From contig NW_021833928.1 in NCBI RefSeq assembly GCF_006345805.1, forward strand, positions 1 to 55,086: a stretch of DNA of 55,086 nt. Reading direction: 5' to 3'. Numbering within the stretch: the stretch's first letter is position 1; each line of letters starts with the position of its first letter. Below the pieces are notes generated by a model that had not been told where the DNA came from, did no database searches, and saw nothing but the letters and a program-made list of their open reading frames with translations. Both the position numbers and the translations under genes were made by a program. This stretch comes from Octopus sinensis (lineage: Eukaryota). Positions 24,361 through 38,385 of the stretch are shown piece by piece.

Positions 24361-25440
24361 TAATATTTTATGCCTATAACATTTACATGACTTGATTTTA
24401 TTTACGATGACGATCATTAATAAACGTCGGCAGAAATGTAAAGGTGATTTTCTCCTGGATTTGAATGAAGGAATATGTCGTTTGGAAATGATGGAAATCG
24501 AACCCATACTTCCGAATGACAAGTGCTCTTTATACCAACGACTTATACAACTCGATTATAATAGCAACGTGTGTATCCGTTGCTATAGCAGGCAAAGACA
24601 AATACAGGGTGAATAAATTTTGAGGTTGTATCTGAAAGAGAAGGCACCGTACAGGAAAGATAAGGATACTTATACGGTGCAAAGTTAGGAAAAAAGTAGG
24701 GTCAAAACGGATATAGATATAATTACAAATTACAATTACCCACATATACAAAAGATGCATTTATACATAAATATATATACATACACACACATCCACCCGT
24801 ATGCATGTCCATAAATTGGTGTATATATACATGTGCATATGTGTGTTTGTGAGTGTGAGACGTGTATATGAGCACTCGTTTTATTAAAAAAATATAAATT
24901 GGTGATAGCATATAGTTAATAAGTACACAATAGTAATAATGAAATAACAATAAAGATAAATATAAAAAAAAGCTTCCATTATATGTAATTATTCAAGTAT
25001 TTCTACTAACACTGACTCTCGTTGCATTCTAGCAACCTACTATACAACTACCTTTTCACTAGTTTGATTTCATTCTTACACAAATTTTTCTTTTAAATAC
25101 ACACCATACCTAATATTACTTATAACTGTCAAGTCATATCTTAATTTAACCATAACTATGCCTTTCCCTTGGACACCTCTATTAAAATTCCTATGATAAA
25201 TAACTTATTTGGAGTCTAAATTACTTATCCACTTACTCTTATTTAGAGGGGATATCTCAAACATTTTTCACTCATATTTTCAAATAAACAGTTTTAGTTT
25301 ATACACAACTAGACTCAACAACATTCTTTAGTATACTCGCAATTTTTTTCACAAGGATAAAATATGTATATCCGAATTTGTTATCCGCTATCCCCTTCAT
25401 CAAGTCTCCTTTAATAATAACAACTACTGTTGTATACTTT

Positions 25441-25552
25441 TTGCACTGAAGAGAACAGTGATATGTAATTAATTTAAATTAATCAAATTGATTTTAATTA
25501 TTCTACCATTTTACTTACATGTTAATATCGCTGTTCGAAACGATCGCATGTA
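25441..25552 (+). ncRNA. Hammerhead-like motif with long stem II (U16.1>C variant)
   Basis: TGCA-CTGAAGA(25446)-GAACAGTGATAT..60 nt..ATATCGCTGTTC-GAA-ACGATCGC-A-TGTA. Stem II has 12 bp. Triplet is GCA rather than GUH. Confidence 0.6.
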
Positions 25553-26196
25553 TATATTAAAATTCCATCAAATTTTAACATCTCCTCACCATTTTTAACA
25601 TATTTGTTGAGTTTCTATGGGATACTTTTCCATAAATTCTGATAACACACCATATGCATCACATACACACATACACACACGTGCGTGAGTGCACATATAT
25701 ACTTTTAGTTTTTTTTTTGTCGTTGGACTACGGCCAAAAATACTAGAGTACTGCCGTGAAAGGTTTTAACCGAACAAATCGACCACAATACTTATTTTTA
25801 ACCCTAGGTCTTTTTCTATCAGTCTTTTTCCGAACCGTTACGTTGCAGGGATCTAACAAACCAACACCAACGATAAACCGGTGGTAGCGGACAAACACAA
25901 ACACAGAGACACATTCAGACACACTCACCCAAACGTATACATACATACATACATACATACATGAACACATATAAATATATACATATTTGCGTGTGTATGT
26001 GTGCGTATATATATACATGTATGTATATATATATAAACATGCATATCATATGTGTGTATATATATATACACACACACATTATACATTATATATATTTGTA
26101 TACACATGCACATATAAATGTATATATGTATATGTATATATATATACACACACATTATACATTATATATATTTGTATACACATGCACATATAAATG

Positions 26197-26250
<54 letters not shown>

Positions 26251-26734
26251 TTATACATTATATATATTTGTATACACATGCACATATAAATGTATATATG
26301 TATATATATATATACATATATGCAGAGAGAAAGAGAGGAGGAGACGGAGAGAGGGAAAAGAAACAAATGTGATTATCAAAACAAAAGTCGGTAGTGGTAT
26401 TCGAGTGAAACACTATTTGTGACAAATCAGACGATTTGATTATCGCTGACATTGCATTCCACCGTCAAACATGTTTTCTTTGCAAAACATCTTACGACAC
26501 CATCACTAACAGCAACAGCAACCAACAAATCGGTGAGCATAACTCTACGCCGGGGTTGGCTAATTCGTGGCCTTTAAGTCTTCCGAGTGTGGTCTTTCGG
26601 AAAAAAAAATATAAAAAATTGGCATTTTGCATTAAAACAAATTGGGGATATTTCATGTATTTATTCATTATTTCTATCTTTTCCTTGTTCCAGTCATCGA
26701 ATTACGGTTACGTTGGGGCAAGGGTTTTATTCAG

Positions 26735-26878
26735 AGATCGGACTGTTTGGTGGTCTGCGGCCGGTCTCATCCATCACAGCTTTTTGGATCAGCAAATGGA
26801 TGAAATGCATAAGAAACTCCGATAACAACAGCCAGCATTGGTCAATAGAAAAGGACCAATTCTTCTCCAGGCTTAGTA
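26735..26878 (+). mobile_element. Mariner transposase catalytic-domain fragment
   Basis: TVWWSAAGLIHHSFLDQQMDEMHKKLR*QQPALVNRKGPILLQ. Confidence 0.75.
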
Positions 26879-27289
26879 AAAATTTTTTTTAAAAATTATG
26901 TACTGGGGTCGACTAAAAATTTATTCAAGGCAGTGCCCTATCATAGCCGTAGTCTAATGACTGAAGCAAGTAAAAGGTAAAAAGTAAAAGATGTTACCCC
27001 TGATATTTTCACCTCGTAGCACCCCTGATTTAAAACCCTTCGGCTACTACATCAGGTGTGTCATTAGGAGGGAGACAACCAACAAAGTTGCCTCCGATAC
27101 CATTGATGTTTGCTGTTGGGGACGTTATGGCCAACGTGAGTAAAGATCACATAATTAACGCATTTAGTCGTTTCAGAAGCCGTGTCGAGACAGTTACTGA
27201 CGCTGATGGCGATTTTATTCAATAGTCTTTTGCTATGAGTATGTAAAAATATGTGTACCAAATTTTATAAAACATACTAATATATAATT

Positions 27290-27648
27290 GTAAAGATTAT
27301 TTGCCTACATAATGTGGCAGTCCCGGTTGGGACGAATATTACTGTTATTTAGTTCCAGGAAACACCGTCTCCAGCTGGCTATACGATACACTATCCGTAT
27401 CCTTATATTTTCGAACAAGGGAGTTCAACGTCCTCACTCAGCACAAAGCAATATCTGCGAAACCCAGGAATCACTGTGCGCTGATATTGTTTTGTGCTGA
27501 GTGGAGACGTTGAACTCCCTTGTTCGAACATATAAGGACACGGATAGTGTGTCGTATAGCCTGCTGGAGACGATGTTTCCTGGAGCTAAATAACAGTAAC
27601 ATTCATCCCAACCGGGACTGCCACATTATGCTGGCAAACAATCTTTAC
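27290..27648. mobile_element. Palindromic MITE/foldback element (~165-bp diverged arms, ~28-bp spacer)
   Basis: GTAAAGATT.TTTGCC..CATAATGTGGCAGTCCCGGTTGGGA at left and its reverse complement at right. Arms carry scattered substitutions. Confidence 0.8.
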
Positions 27649-27799
27649 TTCAGAGTACTGTTACTGAATGTCTTTCGTTGAGAGATTTAGAAATAATAAC
27701 ATTTCTATTGAATACATATATTGGTTTTTCTAATAGTTTTACGGAAATGTACTTGCATAGCAAGTGACCCGATCTGAGATCGAGTGCTAAAATAAAAAC

Positions 27800-28011
27800 A
27801 ATTGCAGTGTGGAAGGTGAATATGAGCCATTTAAAAATACACAAAAGCCGTTAGCTTCACTTCAACATTAAATTTAATTTGTCGAAATATTTTATTTTCG
27901 GCACTTCGAAACCGCAAGCTGTTCACTGACAAAATTCCGTGATGTTGAAGTGAATCTAACGATTTTTTGTGTGTCTTTAAATGGCTTATAAACACCTTCA
28001 ACGCTGCAATT
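27800..28011. mobile_element. MITE-like element with ~70-bp TIRs
   Basis: AATTGCAG.GT.GAAGGTG..TAT.AGCCATTTAAA.A.ACACAAAA..CGTTAG.TTCACTTCAACAT at 27800-27868, inverted at 27942-28011. Confidence 0.7.
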
Positions 28012-28435
28012 GTCTGTTTTCTTTAAATTAAAATTTTGCTCTCAAATAGCTGACGATATATTTTTTAAAGATCTCAAAGGAGATTTGGCTGCTATTTCCA
28101 GCGGCTGGTTTGAGTGCAAGGAAATGTGTGCGGTGTATGTGTGTGTATGTGTGTGCGTGTATGTGTGTGTGTGTGTGTGTATGTGCGTGTTTATATGTGT
28201 TTGTGTCTTGTCGTGAGATTGTGAGAGTATGTGAATATGTATCTAATTATGTGTGCTTGATTAGCCAGATGCTATGTTTCATTTAGTGTGTGCGTGCGTG
28301 GCTGTCTAACTTTCAACGCAGTTATGTGTCTCTGTGTGCATATGTTTGTTTGCGACTGCATGTCTGTGTATGTATGTGACTGTGTGTTTATAAATACACA
28401 CATACACATACACGAATGCATACATACATATATAC

Positions 28436-28472
<37 letters not shown>

Positions 28473-28694
28473 ATATATATATATATATGTATATATATAT
28501 GTATGTGTGTGTGTGTGTATACATTGTATACAGGCATGTACCCGAGTTTTATCCTTACACATTCAAATATATTTATCTTCATCCCCTCCATATCATGAAA
28601 CACCACGCCCATCCATATCCACCCACAATCATTTCTCTCTCTCTCACCCCAACACTCCCATTACTCCCTCCTAGTCTTCATCGTTATTCCCCAC

Positions 28695-29470
28695 GTACAT
28701 ATATACGTATATACATACATACACACATACATGCATACACACAAACTTACATACATACATGCATATATACATATATAAATACATACACACAAGCATATAT
28801 ACATACATATATGCATACATACATGCATATATACATACATACATACATACATACATACATACATACATACATACATACATGCATATACATCCATCCATCT
28901 ATCCATCCATACATACATGCATGCATGCATACATACATACATACATACATGCATGCATATATAAATACATACACACAAACATATATACATACATATATGC
29001 ATACATGCAGGCATACATGCATACATACATACATATACATCCATCCATCTATGCATCCATACATACATGCATGCATGCATACATATATACATACATACAT
29101 ACATACATACATACATACATACATACATACAAGCATACATACATGCATGCATATACATCCATCCATCCATTCAAACATACATGCATACATACATACATCC
29201 ATCCATTCATACGCACATACATACATGCATGCATACATACATACATACATACATACATACATACATACGTACATGCATACATTCATCCATCCATACATAC
29301 ATACATACATGCATACATACATCCATCCATGCATACATGCATGCATGCATGCATCCATCCATCTATACATCCATCCATCCATCCATCCATCCATACATAC
29401 ATACATATACATACATACATACACACATTCATACATATACATCCATCCATCCATGCATATATACATACCT
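28695..29470. repeat. Compound (ACAT)n/(ATCC)n/(ATGC)n tract with higher-order repetition
   Basis: Read directly. It is the source of the spurious 410-aa and 253-aa ORFs. Confidence 0.95.
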
Positions 29471-29986
29471 TATACATTCTCCTCAGATTACCTTCCTCAA
29501 ACCGACACTTCCAACGATAGACGTTTTACATCAACTCCTTTACGGAATGTGTGTGATCACACGCTCTCCCTACCTCACATCGCATCCCGACGCGACGGGG
29601 TAGAGGTGAAGAAGAGGCGGAGAGCGGGTGGAGCAAGGGTAACATACGGGTGGCAAACGAGTGGAAGGAACAGATTATTAGAAAACAAGGTGAAAACTAA
29701 GGACGTTACACGTGACTGACTGACAAAACTGCTTCCACGCCAAAGCCGACCACCAACACGTTCTCTCTTTCTCCCCCCCACTCTCTCTCTCTCTAATCTC
29801 CATCATTCCTCCATTCCAACCTGATTTCTTTGGGTGGGCCAACATTCCACGAAGTGTCGTAAGATTCTTTGGAATAATTGGTCACTGCTATTTCTTTGAA
29901 TAATCTCTATGTCGTCTCGTTCTGAGGACATATTTCATGTGTGTGTGTCTGCTTTTATTATTTTTATTCTCAGTAATAGCTGTTTA

Positions 29987-30017
<31 letters not shown>

Positions 30018-30151
30018 TGTATGTATGTATGTATGTATGTGTGTGTTGTTGGTGTGTCTTGTTTTCTGCAATCTCGTTCACTAGGAAACACCATTCATAC
30101 ACATGCATTAATACATACGATAAACATTCACACACACATCCATATCCATAT

Positions 30152-30200
<49 letters not shown>

Positions 30201-30330
30201 GAGTGTGTGAGTATGTGTGTATATATATATACATACATATATGTATACATACACACATATATACATACATGCATATATACATACAAATATATATATACAT
30301 ACACGCACACACACACAGACACACACACAC

Positions 30331-30418
<88 letters not shown>

Positions 30419-31159
30419 TATACGTGTATACTCAAGCATCAGCTTCAGTAAAGAACAGACCCCAGCAACTAACTTGCTCAAATTTACAAACACGAAAATT
30501 TAAAAAATCGTTAGGACAGCTAATTAACTTAAAGAGAAACCTAAAATAATACAAAGCAAAAAAATAAACGGGCAATGATATCGCTACAAAGAGCATAAGG
30601 AAGACCAAACTTAACAAAAAAAAAGGAGTTTCAGTGAGGCTGTAACATACCAACTGATAACTAAAAACGCAAAGCTTAAAAAAACTAAAACCCTAGATGG
30701 ATTACATCTGCTCTCGTTTATCACGGGAAGATGGTTACAGAAAAACAAAACAAAACTGATAAATGCATCAGTGATAAAGGGATCATCTCCACGCATTTTG
30801 TAAAAAGAACGAATAATAGATTCATTGACTAACAGCTTTTGGCTCACAGCGTCGAAGTTTCCTCCGTCACATATTTTCTTGATCATCCCCACTTTGTCCA
30901 GTAGAGACGACACTAACCAGCGTCCCCATCGTATTTTTTCTGTTCACTGGTCCCGTGTTAATGGGTTCATGTATGTATAACAGTATATAAAAATATGCAG
31001 CCTCACAGCTCGGTCATGAAAACACAAGTAATAGCTGTTCATTCTTGGCAGTTGAACACTGTGGATGGTCACTGGGTTTCGTCTTTCTTTTTTTTTTGCT
31101 GAACAAACAGAACCTCCGATTGATCGCCGACCCAGGTTACTAAAGATCAACTCGTGATA

Positions 31160-31560
31160 AGCGGATATAGTTGTCAGAGATCACCTAGAAAAAAGATGCC
31201 TTCTAATCGATGTATCAATACCAACAGATGACAACGTTTCTCTAAAAGAAAGGGAGAAACTTTCAGAATACAAAGATCTGGAAATAGAGGTAACTCGAAT
31301 GTGGAGCCTAAAAACAGAAGCAATTCCTATAATAGCAGGCGCATTAGCTATGATAAAAAAAAACATTCAGAAAAATACATAACCAAAATACCAAGGCTTA
31401 TAAATGTTTATAACATACTAGGCACTGCACACATCCTACGTAAAACACTTTCAATACAGTAAAAATAAGAATACCACAACAAACCACAGCACATACTCAA
31501 GGCACACACAGCTGCGCTCGGTAGTGCAGTAAAAGCACGGGATAAAAATAAGACTACTAA
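31160..31560 (+). mobile_element. RLE-type (R4/Dong-like) LINE 3' end
   Basis: RDHLEKRCLLIDVSIPTDDNVSLKEREKLSEYKDLEIEVTRMWSLKTEAIPIIAGALA..LGTAHILRKTLS (restriction-like endonuclease), ending in (AAT)n. Confidence 0.82.
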
Positions 31561-31705
<145 letters not shown>

Positions 31706-31744
31706 AATAATAATAATACTACTACTACTACTAATAATAATAAT

Positions 31745-32302
31745 AAATGCCCTGATGCAGTACCAGGCAGTGGCTCTCATGGCTTTTGATCTTAACTGAT
31801 TGGAAGTGTTATCATGTACATTGTTTTGTCTTGGTATAAAAGATGGGCTACAGCACATATTCTGCTCAATACCACAGATTTGCTTGTCAGTTGTTTGACC
31901 TTAACCAGTTGAGCATGTCCCTTAGTGGCTGACAATATGTGCATCTCTGATCACGAGGAGAAGTAGTGGGGGAGCATCATAGCCATGTGTTGAGAGGGAT
32001 TCTTTGGGGTTTGAATAATTCCCCTCTGGAAACATGGGTGGTTCTTTCAACATCCTTAAACAACCCTTATTCAGGGACCTTTTGAGCGGGATGGGCTACT
32101 CAACCTGAAGAAAATTCTAACTGGGCCCCACCTGCAAGGTCATGTGCTGTTTATCTTGATATTAGATCACCATGTCGCCCACATATGGTTGTGATGCATG
32201 TGCCTGGTGTACCCTTATCAGACGGGTAGTCGTGATGGGTATATTGGGCTTCGTATATTTTACCCCGGTGTCACTTTGATGGCATGAACTGCTCTCTCAC
32301 TC

Positions 32303-32305
<3 letters not shown>
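31745..32305 (+). mobile_element. Non-coding repeat bounded by (TAA)n; partial copies at 32370-32808 (+) and 46990-47190 (-)
   Basis: Shared ATATTCTGCTCAATACCACAGATTTGCTTGTCAGTTGTTTGA.CTTAACCAGTTGAGCATGTC. 3' end CTCTC.CTCAATAATAAT. Confidence 0.75.
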
Positions 32306-32359
<54 letters not shown>

Positions 32360-32807
32360 TAATAGTAATAGGACTACAGTAAATATTCTGCTCAATACCA
32401 CAGATTTGCTTGTCAGTTGTTTGAGCTTAACCAGTTGAGCATGTCCCTTAGTGGCTGACGATATGTGTATCTCTGACCAGAAGTAGTAAGGGAGCATCAT
32501 GGCCATGTGTTGAGAGGAATTCTTTGAAGTTTGAATAATTCACCTCTGGAAACATGGGTGTTTTGTTCAACATTCTTAAACAACCATTATTCAGGGACTG
32601 TTTGAGCAGGATGGGCTACTCGACCTGAAGAAAATTCAAACTGGGCCACACCTGTTTATCTTAATATGAGATCATTATGTCATGCACATATGGTTGTGAT
32701 GCATATGCCTAGCATATCCTTATCAGACGAGTAGTCATGATGAGTATACAAGGCGTTGTATATTTTACCCCAGTGCCACTTTGATGGCGTGCACTGCTCT
32801 CTCCCTC

Positions 32808-32884
<77 letters not shown>

Positions 32885-32939
32885 TAATAATATAATAATA
32901 ATAATAAATAATAATAATAATAATAATCCTTTCTACAAT

Positions 32940-33300
32940 CGATATAATTGTACTTATCGAGACCTACCAAAAACTGGGCAAGTATAAAGATCTTGAAATA
33001 GAAATTGGCAAAATGTGGAACCTCAAGACTAAAACAATACATGTTGTCATAGGTGCCTTAGGAATGATAGCAAAAGGGGCTGACTGCTACCTAGCTCAGA
33101 TACCAGGAAACTCCGAAATGGCAGAAATTCAAAAGATAGTGCTTATAGGAACTGTCCATATCCTACGTAAAATACTGTCTATGTAATCTCAAATTTAAAA
33201 ACAAACTCATAATTTTCTCATGTTTTCTTTAACATTCTCTAGAACAATACTTTGTGCAAAACCAAATGTATGACACCCAAGGCATAACACCAACTTGAAC
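32940..33300 (+). mobile_element. RLE-type LINE 3' end, second subfamily
   Basis: KLGKYKDLEIEIGKMWNLKTKTIHVVIGALGMIAKG..IQKIVLIGTVHILRKILSM*, directly after an (AAT)n tract. Confidence 0.82.
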
Positions 33301-33643
33301 TTCTAACTTGTCTCTTGAGGTCTCTGGGTGAGACTTGAAGCCAACTCGTAAAAATACAAAGCAAAAGTCAAACATATAATAATAGTCATTATAATGATGA
33401 TGACGACGACGATGATGATGATGATGATGATGATGATGATAATAGTTTCAAATTTTGCCACAAGGGCAGCCATTTTGGGGGAGGGAATAAGTCGATAACA
33501 TTGACCTCGGAGGAATTTGAACTCAGAACGTAACGGCAGACAAAATACCACTAAGTATTTCACCCGGCGTGCTAACGATTCTGCCAGCTAATAATAATGA
33601 TGATGATAACGATGACGATGATGATGATGATGATGATGATGAA

Positions 33644-33677
<34 letters not shown>

Positions 33678-33694
33678 ATGATGACGATGATGAC

Positions 33695-33734
<40 letters not shown>

Positions 33735-33871
33735 GTGGTGATGATGAACAACAGTAACCAACTTAAAAATCCGACTGAGGTTGTTTCGGATCACAAAACA
33801 ATAATATGTTCTCTGGTAGAAGCCAGCTGCACGCTTGACATCAGCGCGGTAGGAAAATAAATACAGGAGCG

Positions 33872-33946
<75 letters not shown>

Positions 33947-34163
33947 AAACATTGACAAAGAGTTTACGACAAACCCAGCACTAATACAATTTCAGTTTTA
34001 CATCTGTTATATCATAAGAGTGACATGATAAGCACAAACCCACACGAATCATAATATAGCTGTATTTAGCTTGATAGGAAAAAAAAACAACACAAAACTG
34101 TATTTCGTTTTTGGATTTGGTTTGCAAGATTCTTTTTGTGAGTTCGTGTGTTGAAGCATATTC

Positions 34164-34429
34164 TGTTGTGTCTGGGAAGAGTCATTTTCTTTTTGTGCCT
34201 TATAACTTAACACACTCACCGGTAAAATTTCCTTTTATTTCTTATTTTTATTTTCCTAAAGTTTTCGTTGTGTCTTGCAACCTTTTCAATAGTCTTTTCA
34301 AGAGTCAAGACTATTCAAAAAGATTGCAAAACGCAACGAAAATTTTAGGAAAATAAAAAGTGGAAATTTTACCAGTGAGTGTGTTAAATTATAAGGCACA
34401 AAAGAAAATGGCTCTCCGCAGACACAACA
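34164..34429. mobile_element. Palindromic MITE (~125-bp diverged arms)
   Basis: TGTTGTGTCTG..AGAG.CATTTTCTTTTTGTGCCTTATAA.TTAACACACTCAC.GGTAAAATTTCC and its reverse complement. Confidence 0.78.
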
Positions 34430-34492
34430 AAACAAAACTGTGTAGCTCTATTAATCATACGTCGCAGATGAGCACCGCATACGTACAATTCA

Positions 34493-34562
<70 letters not shown>

Positions 34563-34671
34563 ATATATAATATATATATATATATATACATAAGGAAATA
34601 TATACACCTATACATGTACATAAACATTTAATAGACACAATTAAACATACATACAAGCATATAGACAATTA

Positions 34672-34717
<46 letters not shown>

Positions 34718-34797
34718 ATATAATATATAATATATATATATATACATATACATCCATGTCCATGAGTACACATATAATATTTAATTATTACTAATAC

Positions 34798-34834
<37 letters not shown>

Positions 34835-35203
34835 AATAATAATAATATTAGATTCTGTGTAATCTTCATTTTACAATTCATAGTATAGGAGATTCAGATA
34901 TATAGTATACTATAATATAATATAAACAGATAGTTATGAAAGATGTAGTCTTATTAATTTTAAAATCACAGTCAATATATTCATATATCATAGCATCATA
35001 ACAGTTAGACTAGAGTTATTACATTATAATTCTGCATACACATAAGTACATTCGTGTGTGCAACAAATAGATGCACATGCATATATATATCTACGTACAA
35101 ATATACACCAATATCTATATGAGATTTTTTCCTTTTCATCATAACGAAAGTATACGTACATGTTAGAACATGTATGTGTCTATTTATGTTTATGCACATG
35201 TAT

Positions 35204-35249
<46 letters not shown>

Positions 35250-35300
35250 AATTGTACGTGTATCTTGTTTCATGTATATATTTATATTTTGAATCTACTT

Positions 35301-35434
35301 TATAATCACTGACGAGGTCTATGGATATATATAAGTACCTCATTTTTAACTGCCTACAACCTCAATACAATTGACATGTATGGGCACAACAAATTACTTT
35401 TTCCAAAGGCTGAAACAGCTGTAAGTGATTTTAA
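35301..35434 (+). ncRNA. Hammerhead-like motif with long stem II, stem I off register by 2 nt
   Basis: AATCA-CTGACGA(35309)-GGTCTATGGA..76 nt..TCCAAAGGCT-GAA-ACAGCTGT palindrome-A (GUA at 35423)-AG-TGATT. Confidence 0.6.
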
Positions 35435-35839
35435 TGATTTTAATAATTTATATTAAGGTTTTTTTAAATAACTACTTGTATTCTTATCTTATATGTATTG
35501 AATGTTATACTGTATACATGTATGTTATTATGGTTGTCGTTTTGATAAATAAATAAGTCAACATTCTAATATCCTAAAGCTGATAAACCAACTAATGTGT
35601 TTCTCCATTTTCTTATTTGTAATATATATATATATTTACACGCGCACACATACACACACATATATGAGAATCCCATTTCGATAACCTTTGTTCCTTGTTA
35701 ACAGAGGAGACAGAGGGAATCATTCAGCATTCATCTGTCAGCTCGAGCTCTGACTGTTCGCCAGATGCATGACTATTAACCTGGGGCTGACCTTCCGACA
35801 GTGTATTCTTCCACACATCGGCGCTAACACTATTCCCGC

Positions 35840-35870
<31 letters not shown>

Positions 35871-36564
35871 TGGAAAGACAGAGATAGCAATGTATATAGA
35901 GATGCATACACACAAACATACATAAAGGAATATACATATATATACATGTGTGTGTGTGTGTGTGTATGTGTGTGTGTGTGTGCATTTGTGTCCGTGAGTA
36001 TAATTTTGGATCTAGTCAAGGAAAAAAATGGAAGTGAATTTCAAAAAGTATAATTTATTCTACAGTTAACTGGCGTTTTAGACTGAACAGGTTCCAACAC
36101 CAAGGTACCTTGGATCTGATGCATCTAGGAGGATTACAATGTAGACAATGGCACAGAATGTGACAGCGGTGGGGTATCCCAGTGTCATAACCTGGATGCG
36201 GCCCGACACCTTTAGTGCGTAAGGAGACAACACTTGCATGACAGGGAGGGAGCTTCTCTGAAGACCTTCTGCTGTTTGGCTCTCCAACTATTTGGAGTTT
36301 CTTACAACTATTATTCTTATAATTTTTCCCGTTATGTCCTGGAGAAAACGTTTCTCATGTTTCTGACTAATTTTGGCCTCTTCAGTGAAATATAACATTT
36401 TTCCATACATATATAATACCTGAAAAAATGCAAAATTGACATAGTCGGAATACCTTCAGTCATACGTCTAAGGATGATTCGAGGCTAAACAACAGCAACA
36501 ATAACAACAAAAACAACAACATAAAAACAACATTGACAACGAAGATGAGGTAAAGCAGACTCAC

Positions 36565-36858
36565 CAAATTGATTGGATGTATATATCCGTGCTGTGGTGT
36601 TTCCACTTCTTCTGTGTCTAAGATTTGCCGGAGATGTGCGATATAACTGGCAGCCAGGCGTAAAGTGTCCAATTTAGATAATTTAGTGTCCGGTGGTACC
36701 CACGGTAGAGTGGTTTTTAGTTTGGAAAAAGCTTTGCTTAGAACTCTCATGCGCGCCCTCTCACGAGCGTTGGCTGCATTTCTCTGAAGGGGTTTATGTT
36801 TTGGAGATTGAAATCCTAGCTCATTGTCAAATTCCATTTCTTTCCTTTTCCGGGGCAT
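36565..36858 (-). CDS. MyoR: bHLH transcription factor of the MyoR/musculin/TCF21 (capsulin) family, coding exon 1 (98 codons)
   Basis: [64 protein letters not shown] is near-identical to the TCF21/MSC bHLH. In-frame TAA upstream of the ATG. Phase-0 donor TTG|GTGAGT at 36564, the intron position known from TCF21/MSC. Confidence 0.93.
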
Positions 36859-37117
36859 TATGGCCCCCGCTTAATAAAGATTACAGATTTGGTTCGGAGT
36901 ATACTCCAGGAGACACACGGGTGTACGAACAAATAAATATGTGTATAAATATGTTATGAACTTTGGGAAATATCTGTTGATATTGAATAAATGGGGCTTC
37001 GGTATAGTAGTGGCCTCGAATTTTCTAGAAAAAGAAGAAAAAACATAAATCAAAATTTGTCCATCGATAATATTTCAAAATATATAAAATAAATAAGTAA
37101 ATAAATAAATAATACTT

Positions 37118-37740
37118 AGCATGGCTGTGTGAGTAAGAAGCTTGCTTGGTAACCACGAAGATTCGGGTTCAGTCACACTGCGCGGCACTTCGGGTAAGTG
37201 TCTTTTACTATAGCTGTGGATCGATCAATGCCTCGTGAGAATTTGGGAGACGGAAAGTTTATGGAAGCCCGTCGTATATGTGTTTGTCGGTGTGTTTGTG
37301 TGTGTACTTGTGTGTGTTCCACCGCCATTGCTCGACAACGGATGTTGGTTTGCTTACGTTATCGTAACATATCGGTTTGACAATAAGACACCGATAGACT
37401 AAGACTATAACTAAGGCACCAGACAAAAAGATAAGTATTAGGATGGATCTGTTTGGCTAAATCCTTCGGAATAGTGCTCCAGCTTAGCCACTCTCCAATG
37501 ATTAAAACAAGCAAACAAATAATGCTTTCAAATTTTGCCACAAGGTCAGCAAGCTCTGGGCGGTTGTGGGGTGGATAAATCGAATACATCGATACAAATG
37601 TTCAACTGGTTCTTATTTTATCGACTCCGAAAGGATAAGTCGACCTCGGCGTAATTTGAACTCAGAATGTAAAGACGGACGAAATGCTACGAAGCATTTC
37701 GCCCGGCGTGCTAACTATTCTGCCAGCTCGCCGCCTTAAA
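37118..37740. mobile_element. SINE A (+, 37118-37515) abutting SINE B (-, 37520-37740) just upstream of MyoR
   Basis: Homology to the family consensus seen elsewhere in the window. Confidence 0.75.
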
Positions 37741-38385
37741 ACAAGTAAAAATAATGGCATGATGTTTTGGGAACCTGAGTTGCTGTAGAATAAATTCATG
37801 TCAGGCCTAATCGAGCAAAATGGTTGAGAATCACTGGTCTAGAGGAATAGAGAATGTTTATCCCTGGCTACATAAGAAAGAAGCCTCTCTGTAGTCGTCA
37901 ACCAGCTAGAAATATAAACCAAATCTCCTTCAAATTTTACCTTACCGTCATAAAAAAAAAACAGGTGAATACTAAAAGCAGGTCTCGTAATCTGGGATTA
38001 TCTTCCTGGTGTTACTCTATACAGTCAAAGTGATTATCTTCAAGAGCTTCCTGTTTAGTGAGGTGATAATAATGACCTTACACCTTGATACTAGAACAAA
38101 GATTAATATGGGGGAAGGCATAACGCATTGGGTACGGGTATGGCTGTGTGGTTGAGAAGTTCGATTAGCAACTATGTGGTCTCAGTTTCGATCCTAATAC
38201 ACGGCACATTGAGCAAGTGTCTTCTACCATAACTTCGGGTCGACCAAGGACTTGTGAGTAGAATTTGGAGGCGGAAACTGTGTTGAACCCTTTGCCAGGT
38301 TTATTATCACTACCTGGTCCTTTAGCTGAGTTTGATCTGTTGTATGGATTGGGGACAGGCATCCAGGGATCAGGATCCTCTAGAC

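Noticed and set aside
28487-29719. 410-aa ORF (and similar long His/Thr/Tyr/Ile or Val/Cys ORFs throughout)
   Set aside because: Translations of (ACAT)n, (TA)n and (CA)n microsatellites, open in several frames on both strands.
36340-36392. Minus-strand CTGAAGA-GGC..GTCA-GAAAC in the MyoR intron
   Set aside because: No valid triplet and stem I in register.
36944-36951. TATAAATA near the MyoR start
   Set aside because: Canonical on the opposite strand, and such motifs are too common in this AT-rich DNA to call a promoter.
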